Shown here one piece after another: positions 10,085 through 17,877 of a DNA stretch of 64,000 nt. Positions within the stretch are counted from its first letter, which is position 1, and each line of letters starts with the position of its first letter. A model generated the notes under the pieces. That model saw nothing but the letters and a program-made list of their open reading frames with translations, ran no database searches and had not been told where the DNA came from. This stretch comes from Candidatus Aenigmatarchaeota archaeon (GTDB lineage: Archaea > Aenigmatarchaeota > Aenigmatarchaeia > CG10238-14 > SCSR01). Position numbers and translations under genes: made by a program. The stretch covers positions 169,392-233,391 of the forward strand of contig JACPJT010000004.1 in NCBI GenBank assembly GCA_016187415.1, read 5' to 3'.

Positions 10085-11128
10085 TTAATTTTCATATAAC
10101 TTGAATAGTTTTTCTTTTTTTCGCAGAAGAGTGAAATTAACAGTATCTCTAAATCTAAGTATATTCTCCTTTCCATAAATGTTAACATAATAAACGTAAT
10201 ACGAATAACGTCGAGGTGATTTGAAATTTTTGTAATACTTTTTGAAACTTGTGTTTATTCTTAATTTGGTTAACAGTTTGGTTACGCCTAATAATCCTTT
10301 TCCATTTACACTGTCACATGTAATGAAGTTTCTTGCGACACATCCTTCACTATCAAAAAAACCTCTCAAAAAAGAAGAAATTATATCTTTATTCCTACTC
10401 GTCATTATTATTTGAGGAACACGCCATTTTCTTACTCCAAATTTCCCAATCGATAGCAAATCATTACAAATAAACTCAGGTGAAATGTAAGCTGCAAATG
10501 TATTTCTTTTGGGACGAAAGTTATAATTAAAACCAAGTCCATATACATCCTTAAAACATTTAATAAAGAATTTTATGAAATCTTCATCTTTTTTATTGAT
10601 TTCCAATTGAACAAAATCTTCATTAATGTGGCCATCCCCACAAAGAACTCCAAGAATGTACGCCTTTTCAGATGTTATTTTTTTAAAAGGTTTTGGTGGG
10701 ATGATTAATCTAAAATTACGTAAGAAAGTCTTAACCCTTTTTGTGTTCATGGATTCTTTTTTATTCCTCAAGACAACATTGTACTTAGTTAGCCATTTCC
10801 GAACAGTATTGCCTACTACATTAAATTTTTTACTTATCTCTGTGGGGCTCATACCTTTTTCCAAATAAAGGTTTAGTAAAATATCCCTTTTAGGTGGTTT
10901 TCTAGGTTTGAACCAAGTTGACTTGTTTCTACCAGGTATTCTATCATTATATAACCAATTCGAAATTGTAATCTCTGGTATCAATATTTTGTGTCTTGAT
11001 TTAATCAATCTTGAAATAAGTCTAGAACCAATCTTCTCTTTATTATATAACTGGACTGCAATTCTATGAAATTGCGATTTCTCTTTATCTGATATTTCTG
11101 CATACCTCAACATATATAGCAATAGCAT
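10085..11128 (-). mobile_element. Free-standing LAGLIDADG homing endonuclease with N-terminal HTH
   Basis: Two LAGLIDADG helices (YILGVLCGDGHI, FLRGFFDSEGCV); AT-rich; not inside another gene. Confidence 0.85.
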
Positions 11129-11193
11129 GCTTTGAGTATTTATAGGTGTTATATAAATTAAACCTTAAATAAGATAATCGCTAATGAGAAAGC

Positions 11194-14025
11194 ATGACCA
11201 ATAACATAGCGCAAAATAGTGGAATATTTGAAAGTCTTGACCCTAAAGTAATCGAACTGATAAGAAAATTTGGACTGAAAGAACCGACTCTCATACAAGA
11301 AAAGGCTATTCCAATAATTTCATCTGGATTAAATGCCTTATTAATTTCACAGACTGGAACAGGAAAAACACTTGCAACCTTTTTGCCTATTTTTGATTTG
11401 TGGTTAAAAACAGAACCGAAACCAATAAGTGTTATTTATGTTAGTCCGCTTAAAAGCTTAAACCGAGACATGGTCGAACATTTAATTCGTTGGGGACAGA
11501 AATTAGGAATCGAGGTGGATGTAAGGCATGGTGACACATCCCAACATGAAAGGAAAATGCAAGTTGAATTTCCTCCAGATATAATGATAACCACTCTAGA
11601 ACAACTGCAACCAATGTTGACTGGGAAGAACCTTAGAGAACTGTTGAGAAACATCAAGTATGTTGTAGTCGACGAGGTGCACGAGATAGTGGACTCCAAG
11701 CGCGGTGTGCAACTTTCGCTGGCATTGGAGAGGATAAGAGAACTGTGCGGTGATTTCCAGCTTATAATGCTGTCGGCCACCGTCTCCGATCCAGAATATG
11801 TCGCGGGATTTTTTGCCGGAGGAAAACCAACAAAAGTTGTAAGGGCGGATACCGATAAGGGATTTGAAATAAAAGTGATTAATCCTAAAGCGAGCGCGGA
11901 AGACGATGAAATAGCTCAAAAAATATTTTCATCGGAAGAAACTGCGGCCAGAGTCAGGGTGCTGATGGACCTTATAAAAGAATCGCGATCTACTTTAACT
12001 TTCACCAACACAAGGGACTTTGCAGAAATACTCACATCCAGAATAAAGTCCATAGACCCGAAATTCCCGGTCGAGATACATCATGGCTCATTAAGCAAGG
12101 AAGTCAGGATAAAAGCCGAGAAGGATTTCAAAGAGGAAAAAATCAAGTCTCTGATATGCACCAGCAGCCTGCAGTTGGGCATAGACATAGGCTCTGTTGA
12201 CATGGTTGTCCAATACATGTCGCCGCGGCAAGTGAGCCAATTGATACAAAGGGTGGGGAGGAGCGGGCATGAATTATCAAAGACCAGCAAAGGCGTGATA
12301 ATTACAACCGATGACGACGATATTTTCGAGTCGTCTGTTATTGCGCGGAAAGCTCTTGCCGGGGAAATAGAAAAGTCCACATTCCACGATAACTCGTACG
12401 ATGTCCTGGCGCACCAGTTAATAGGCTTGACATTCGATTTCGGGAGAATCGAAACTGAGAAGGCTTACAGCATAGTGAAACGAGCATACCCCTATAGAAA
12501 TCTGAGTCGTCAGGAATTCATGGACGTGTGCAAACAGCTGGAAAGACTTGGTCTGGTGTTCCTCGATGGGTATATTAAAAAACGTTTGCGCGGTTTCCAG
12601 TATTACTTCGAGAATCTCAGCACAATCCCCAACATAAGACAGTACCGGGTTTTCAACATGCTGGATAGGAGTTATGTCGGTGTTTTGGACGAAGAATTTG
12701 TCGCTGTGCATGGAGAAGCGAATACCACATTCATTGTCAAGGGTCAGCCTTGGAGGATTGTGTCTGTGGAAGATGATAAGGTGCTGGTTGAGCCGGTTGA
12801 AGATATAGAGGCTGCCATACCGGGATGGGAAGGCGAACTGATCCCCGTGTTGGACGATGTTACCGAAGAAGTCGGCAGGCTGAGAAGATTGATAGCCGGG
12901 AAAGTGGAAAAGCTGCCCCAGAACGAAACCGTGAAAGAAATACAAAAATTGTACCCGGTTGATGAAAATTCCGCCAAAAATATGATCAAGACTATCCAAA
13001 ACCAGCTGAAATTTGGCGTGATACCGGATGACAAAACCATCCTTGTCGAAGATTATGATGACTTGGTTGTCATACACTCGTGTTTTGGCAACAATGTCAA
13101 TGAAACTCTGGGAAGATTCCTCACAGCATTATTAACCAGCAGAGTTGGTTCAGTCGGATTGAAAACAGATCCTTACAGGATAATGATCCAGTTCCAGAAA
13201 AAGAATATTGATCTGCTGAAAGAAACTTTGCTGAAAACCAATCCGGAACATCTGCAGAGTTATTTGGAAATGAGCTTGTCTAACAGCGAATTGTTCGCGT
13301 GGAAGTTTGTCCACGTCGCAAAAAGATTCGGCGCCATCACAAGAGACGCGGAGTTCGGCAATGTCAAGATAAAAAAGATCATCGAAGACTATGTTGGGAC
13401 ACCTATATACAAGGAAACGTTGAAGGAACTGGAGACTGAAAAATTTGATATTGAAAAAGCGGTCGACATACTCAAGCGCATACAGAAGAACGAGATCAAG
13501 CTTGTCTTCAGGAACGGGCTGTCCTATATCGGGAAGATTGGCGTGCAGCACAAGTATGCCGAAGTTGTTGGACCCGAAAAACCTGAAATGGAGATATTCG
13601 AGTTGTTTAAGCAACGCCTGCTGAACACACAGGTCAGGATGATATGCGTAAATTGCGGCGACTGGGACAGGGTTTTCACTGTCAAGGACGTTGATGACAA
13701 ACTAAAATGCGGCAAATGCGACTCAAGACTGTTGGCGGCCATGAGGAAGGAATGGGCTGTACCTAGCAAAATCATAAAGAAGGGATTCAGAAAATCCAAG
13801 ATGACGGATTCCGACAAGAAGATGTATGAGAACATGAAGGAGAGGGCTGACCTGTTTATGAATTACAGGTCAAAAGCCGTCAAGACATTGGTGGGAAAGG
13901 GCATCGGTCCTACAACAGCAAAAAGAATTTTGGGAAAATACCATAAAGATGAGGAAAGTTTCTTAAGAGACATTCTTGAGGCGGAGAAGCAATTCGTCAG
14001 GACTAAAAGGTTTTGGTCGCTATAA
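11194..14025 (+). CDS. lhr: Lhr-family ATP-dependent DEAD/DEAH helicase
   Basis: TGTGKT Walker A, DEVH, SAT, HHGSLS, QRVGRSGH; C-terminal CxxC...CxxC zinc motif. Confidence 0.9.
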   Translation: MTNNIAQNSGIFESLDPKVIELIRKFGLKEPTLIQEKAIPIISSGLNALLISQTGTGKTLATFLPIFDLWLKTEPKPISVIYVSPLKSLNRDMVEHLIRWGQKLGIEVDVRHGDTSQHERKMQVEFPPDIMITTLEQLQPMLTGKNLRELLRNIKYVVVDEVHEIVDSKRGVQLSLALERIRELCGDFQLIMLSATVSDPEYVAGFFAGGKPTKVVRADTDKGFEIKVINPKASAEDDEIAQKIFSSEETAARVRVLMDLIKESRSTLTFTNTRDFAEILTSRIKSIDPKFPVEIHHGSLSKEVRIKAEKDFKEEKIKSLICTSSLQLGIDIGSVDMVVQYMSPRQVSQLIQRVGRSGHELSKTSKGVIITTDDDDIFESSVIARKALAGEIEKSTFHDNSYDVLAHQLIGLTFDFGRIETEKAYSIVKRAYPYRNLSRQEFMDVCKQLERLGLVFLDGYIKKRLRGFQYYFENLSTIPNIRQYRVFNMLDRSYVGVLDEEFVAVHGEANTTFIVKGQPWRIVSVEDDKVLVEPVEDIEAAIPGWEGELIPVLDDVTEEVGRLRRLIAGKVEKLPQNETVKEIQKLYPVDENSAKNMIKTIQNQLKFGVIPDDKTILVEDYDDLVVIHSCFGNNVNETLGRFLTALLTSRVGSVGLKTDPYRIMIQFQKKNIDLLKETLLKTNPEHLQSYLEMSLSNSELFAWKFVHVAKRFGAITRDAEFGNVKIKKIIEDYVGTPIYKETLKELETEKFDIEKAVDILKRIQKNEIKLVFRNGLSYIGKIGVQHKYAEVVGPEKPEMEIFELFKQRLLNTQVRMICVNCGDWDRVFTVKDVDDKLKCGKCDSRLLAAMRKEWAVPSKIIKKGFRKSKMTDSDKKMYENMKERADLFMNYRSKAVKTLVGKGIGPTTAKRILGKYHKDEESFLRDILEAEKQFVRTKRFWSL

Positions 14026-14056
14026 GATTTGCACATAAAGTAGTTTTACTGGTATG

Positions 14057-15121
14057 CTAATAGGTTTCATGTAATTGTCTTATTTCCTTAATAATTTTTT
14101 TTCTCAACTTGTAGGTATTCCCGTGCATGACATAACCGAACCAGCCTTCAAGCATCTTGCTTGCCTTGTCGCCAATTGTCCCCCCCCCATTGACGCATAG
14201 ATTGTTTAGCTTCCTTTCAAATTTATCCAGATTGCTCTTTCTTGGAAGTTTGTAGTGGTAGAACACCCTGAACCCCAGAAGGGTCACGCCATTGTGCAAC
14301 GGGACAATCTTTGACTTGCCCGGATGGAGCTCGAGATTTAGTCTCTGCTTTAAAAAATTAGTTATCAGCCATTTGTATAACAGAAGCCTTTCTTTTGAGT
14401 CGTGCAATATGACGAAATCGTCAACATAACGGATATAGTATTTTGCTTTCAGGTTGTGCTTGACATAATAGTCCAATTCGTTCAGATATATGTTGGCGAA
14501 GAACTGGCTTGTCAGATTGCCTAGAGGCATTCCCTTATTTGATATTTTAAAATCATAATTACCAAGGATTGTTTTTATCAACTGCAGGGTATTCTTGTCT
14601 TCTATTTTCTTTCCTATAATTTTCATCAGGATTCCTATATCGATCGTGTCGAAGTAGTGTCTGATATCGGCTTTTAATGCATATCCGACAACCATATTCT
14701 TATCCTTGGCGTTCCTTGTTAACCGACCGTTGTTTGCAACTTTCCTCTTGAACTCATCGAATCGTTTCAATCCTGCATGAACTCCCTTGTTTTTCCTGTT
14801 GGCATAAGTGTCGTGAATAAAGATTTTTTCGAATATAGGCTCTATTAAGTTACATATTGCGTGATGTATCACCCTGTCTCTGAAAGCTGAAGCATGAATC
14901 ACGCGTGTTTTTGGGTCTCTGACAATGAATCTCTTTAATGTTCTGGGTTTGTATGTTTGTGTTTTCAGTTCTTGTTTTAATTTTGTTAATTCGTCATCCA
15001 AGTTGGATTCAAACTCTTGTACATACCACTTCTTGCTTTTCCCTTTCTTGGCTTTCTTGAACGCTAGTCTGAGATTTTCAAAGGAGCACAATTTGTCGAA
15101 TAGATTGTTATAGGTTTTCAT
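14057..15121 (-). CDS. DGR-type reverse transcriptase
   Basis: FRDRVIHHA, KADIRHYFDTID, GMPLGNLTSQFFANIYL (SQ signature), YIRYVDDF; 354 aa with no endonuclease or maturase extension; adjacent TR/VR pair. Confidence 0.95.
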   Translation of the reverse strand: MKTYNNLFDKLCSFENLRLAFKKAKKGKSKKWYVQEFESNLDDELTKLKQELKTQTYKPRTLKRFIVRDPKTRVIHASAFRDRVIHHAICNLIEPIFEKIFIHDTYANRKNKGVHAGLKRFDEFKRKVANNGRLTRNAKDKNMVVGYALKADIRHYFDTIDIGILMKIIGKKIEDKNTLQLIKTILGNYDFKISNKGMPLGNLTSQFFANIYLNELDYYVKHNLKAKYYIRYVDDFVILHDSKERLLLYKWLITNFLKQRLNLELHPGKSKIVPLHNGVTLLGFRVFYHYKLPRKSNLDKFERKLNNLCVNGGGTIGDKASKMLEGWFGYVMHGNTYKLRKKIIKEIRQLHETY

Positions 15122-15450
15122 AAAAATCCTGGGCCATCTGGGTTATTCAAAACAGAACCCCTGTTGGAGTTCAGGTCTGTTGAAGATTTCCTGTTCTCAG
15201 GCTCCCTGTTCGAATTCAGGTTCGGCCTTTCGCGACTCACATTCTCACGGTCCCTGAAGTTCCAGATGAGAGCTTGAAGTTAGCCTAATCCACCAAACTT
15301 GCACTGCGATTTTAGTATTCGTTCATCACTACTAACTATCACCGCTGTATTTCATGGCTAAACGGAAAAAGCCCTAATGCACTATGGAAAGGCATGTAGC
15401 CCAGACTTTGCTGTCATCTGCAGTCAAGCACAGCCCAGGAATATAGAATT
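15122..15450 (-). ncRNA. Putative DGR RNA (about 170-nt leader + TR + 20-nt spacer before RT); ends approximate
   Basis: No ORF of 60 aa or more; TATA-like TTTAAAT at 15455-15461; leader segments 15433-15440 and 15400-15405 are complementary to spacer segments 15127-15134 and 15137-15142. Confidence 0.65.
15142..15273 (-). repeat. DGR template repeat (TR), 132 nt
   Basis: Aligns to VR 15917-16015 over 99 nt with 15 mismatches, all at TR adenines on the coding strand; rich in AAC/AAT; two extra segments of 15 and 18 nt. Confidence 0.95.
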
Positions 15451-15475
15451 GTGAATTTAAATATTAAAATCTGAT

Positions 15476-16318
15476 TTATATTTCTGTAATAGGTACGCCT
15501 GCTCTTTTAGCCAACTCTTGCAATCTTTCGTATTGCGTGCGTGGCACTCTAACATTGACAAAATCTTCTGCTTCTCGGCTAGGCATCGTCGGCCATGCGA
15601 GAATTCCGCTTGATCTCACCCAACAACTTTTCCATATGCCGTCTCTTAATCCCCTGTAGGCATCTCTCACTTGTTTCTCTTTCAAGCCCTCTCCGCTTTC
15701 GAATCTTTTAACCTCGTCTCCCATCCACTGTTTGCTCGGTTCTTCTGGCTGGACGAATGCGGCTATTCTATTCACATCTTGTTCGTCAGAATTTACCAAA
15801 CCGTTCTTTTGAACGTATAATTGCGTCTCCCACAAATCTTCGCCTCTTAGTGCCACTTCAGGCTGGACGAAATAGCCAATGCCAGGTATTTTTATACGGC
15901 CTTCGCCTTCGGCGACGCTACCCAAAACAGAACCCCTGTCGGAGTACCCGTACTCAGGCTCCCTGCCCGAATCCAGGTCCGGCCTCTCACGGCCCCCGAA
16001 GCCCCAGATGAGAGCCCTTAATCCTTCATATAATTCTGGATTTGAATTTGTCCAGACATAAGTATTATCTGCTTTTAATGGTTTTACTGCATCTCGAGGC
16101 ACCAATAAATTCATCATTTCAGGCGTTATCGTTCCGTTTTGTCTCACCCAATTTACTTGTTTGAATGGATTGTCCATGCCCTCTAAATTAATCCTATAAT
16201 CCCTGTTTGCCCTGTTGACATCATCTACTCTATAACTAGAAATTATGATAGGGCTTCCATTTCTTGGAAGTTCCGCGCCTGTTATTCTTGGTGAGTATGA
16301 TTGAACAGCCGTTGCCAT
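15476..16318 (-). CDS. DGR target (variable) protein, probable CLec-like domain with a C-terminal extension
   Basis: Contains the VR in frame (ALIWGFGGRERPDLDSGREPEYGYSDRGSVLGS); preceding YVW...P...GL pattern resembles DGR CLec targets. Confidence 0.9.
   Translation of the reverse strand: MATAVQSYSPRITGAELPRNGSPIIISSYRVDDVNRANRDYRINLEGMDNPFKQVNWVRQNGTITPEMMNLLVPRDAVKPLKADNTYVWTNSNPELYEGLRALIWGFGGRERPDLDSGREPEYGYSDRGSVLGSVAEGEGRIKIPGIGYFVQPEVALRGEDLWETQLYVQKNGLVNSDEQDVNRIAAFVQPEEPSKQWMGDEVKRFESGEGLKEKQVRDAYRGLRDGIWKSCWVRSSGILAWPTMPSREAEDFVNVRVPRTQYERLQELAKRAGVPITEI
15903..15915 (-). promoter_or_regulatory. DGR retrohoming hairpin with GAA triloop
   Basis: TCGCC-GAA-GGCGA on the coding strand, 1 nt after the VR 3' end; matches the GRA-loop hairpins described for archaeal DGRs. 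Confidence 0.75.
15917..16015 (-). repeat. DGR variable repeat (VR), 99 nt / 33 codons
   Basis: 13 A>G and 2 A>T differences versus TR; no mismatch at non-A positions. Confidence 0.95.
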
Positions 16319-16333
16319 GATTTAATAGAGTAT

Positions 16334-16348
16334 AGTAAAGGATTTAAA
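16334..16348 (-). promoter_or_regulatory. TATA-containing promoter motif TTTAAATCCTTTACT of the DGR target
   Basis: Identical 15-mer at the same distance from the ATG upstream of gene 46338-47102. Confidence 0.75.
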
Positions 16349-16500
16349 CGTTATGCTTAATAGCTTAATAAAAATTTTTTGCTTGTATAAGATATTCGAC
16401 AGTTGCATATTTTTATAAAGAAGTCCAGAGATAAAAGTTATTTTAGGTGCAAAGCCGTAGCTGTAAACAACTATTTATTTGATTAACTCTTTTAACAATT

Positions 16501-17136
16501 ATGCCCGCCATTGTAATCAGCATAGACGGACCGGATTTTTCCGGCAAGTCGACTATAGCAAATCTTCTCGTAGAGGTTCTGAGGAAAAGCAATAAAAATA
16601 TAATTTTCAAGCGTACGGAATTGCCCAGCATACTGACCACTGGTGCATTCACCAAGATACTGAGGAACTCGATGGACCATGTTTCTTCAGAAGTGTTCGC
16701 ACTGGCGTATGCTGCGGACCATGTGCACCATTATGAAACTGTCATAAAGCCCGTGAAAGAATCCAAGGAAAACTTTGCAGTCATCCAAGAGAGGTCCCTT
16801 CTTTCAACCTACATTTATCAAAGTCTGATTGGAAAGACGGATTTGAAATGGCTGAGAGAAATCAACAGGTTTGACAAAAACGTACCTGATCTCACTCTCG
16901 TGTTGAAGGTTCCTGCAGAAGAAATACACAAAAGAAGCCAGTTGGAGAAAAGAGGGTTTGATAAGTTTGAGACAACCGAGCATCTCGATAAAGAACTGAG
17001 CGTGTATTACAATTTGCCGCAAGACATGGTAGAGGAATTCAATGTCGAGTATATAGATGCAGGCGGTGATGCTGAGAATGTTGCTCGGGCATGCGCAGAA
17101 AGGATTCAAAAAGAGATACAGTCGAAATTCAAATAA
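16501..17136 (+). CDS. tmk: Thymidylate kinase
   Basis: IDGPDFSGKST P-loop, QERSLLSTYIYQ motif. Confidence 0.85.
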   Translation: MPAIVISIDGPDFSGKSTIANLLVEVLRKSNKNIIFKRTELPSILTTGAFTKILRNSMDHVSSEVFALAYAADHVHHYETVIKPVKESKENFAVIQERSLLSTYIYQSLIGKTDLKWLREINRFDKNVPDLTLVLKVPAEEIHKRSQLEKRGFDKFETTEHLDKELSVYYNLPQDMVEEFNVEYIDAGGDAENVARACAERIQKEIQSKFK

Positions 17137-17184
17137 TTATTTAAACACTTAGCCTAATTAATCTGTAGAGACTAGTCTAGTTGG

Positions 17185-17862
17185 ATGAATATGGACAAAA
17201 TAACTTGCGAGACTTGCAGTAGAAGATTCAAAACTGCTGAAGCTTTAGAGCAGCACAAAAGCGCCGCGCACAATCGACACATGAAAGAAACAAAGCCGCA
17301 TGGAAAACGAAAGCTCACTAAAACCAAATTAATACTGATGCTTGTTCTTATAGGAGCCATCGGTCTTGTAGGATATGCTATTTATTGGTCTTCTACATCG
17401 GTGGGGCCTGGCACCATAGGTTCGACTCATATACATGCCGATTTCGCGATATATGTTGATGGCAAACAGATAACGCCTCTTCCGCGTCAATATTTTGTAT
17501 TAAGCCCCTATATGCATGTTGAAGAGGGTCCTGGAGCCGGCAGTGTGCTGCACATGCATGCCACCAATGTTCCGCTTAAAATGTTCTTTGAAAGTGCTGG
17601 CATGAAATTGGATTCCAAGTGCCTAGAACTAAATAATTACAACAGCCTTTGTGACGACGGTGTTAACACATTGAAAATGTTTGTAAAGCATTCCAATAGT
17701 ACATGGGGATCCAATTATGAATATGGCGATTATGTTTTCAAGGATTTGGACAAGATATTAATCAGCTACGGTTCGGAAACGCAGGATAAGATAGTGCTAG
17801 AACAGAACAATGTTACCGATTTTTCAAAGGACAATTCTGGGAAAATGATGATAACGAGATAA
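17185..17862 (+). CDS. C2H2 zinc finger + TM helix + extracellular His-motif domain protein
   Basis: CETCSRRFKTAEALEQHKSAAH; TM helix; HIHADF...HVEEG...LHMHA. Confidence 0.75.
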   Translation: MNMDKITCETCSRRFKTAEALEQHKSAAHNRHMKETKPHGKRKLTKTKLILMLVLIGAIGLVGYAIYWSSTSVGPGTIGSTHIHADFAIYVDGKQITPLPRQYFVLSPYMHVEEGPGAGSVLHMHATNVPLKMFFESAGMKLDSKCLELNNYNSLCDDGVNTLKMFVKHSNSTWGSNYEYGDYVFKDLDKILISYGSETQDKIVLEQNNVTDFSKDNSGKMMITR

Positions 17863-17877
17863 AAATTGGGTGATGAC

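Noticed and set aside
10085-11128. LAGLIDADG gene as part of an intein or rRNA/tRNA intron
   Set aside because: No intein splicing motifs, no interrupted host ORF and no RNA gene recognised in the flanks; same for 49095-49913.
14057-15121. RT as a group II intron, retron or CRISPR-associated RT
   Set aside because: Short protein with the GNLTSQ signature, no maturase, endonuclease or Cas1 fusion, and an adenine-specific TR/VR pair next to it.
15276-15475. Possible avd ORF
   Set aside because: Only very short ORFs (for example MKYSGDS-stop); Avd needs over 100 codons.
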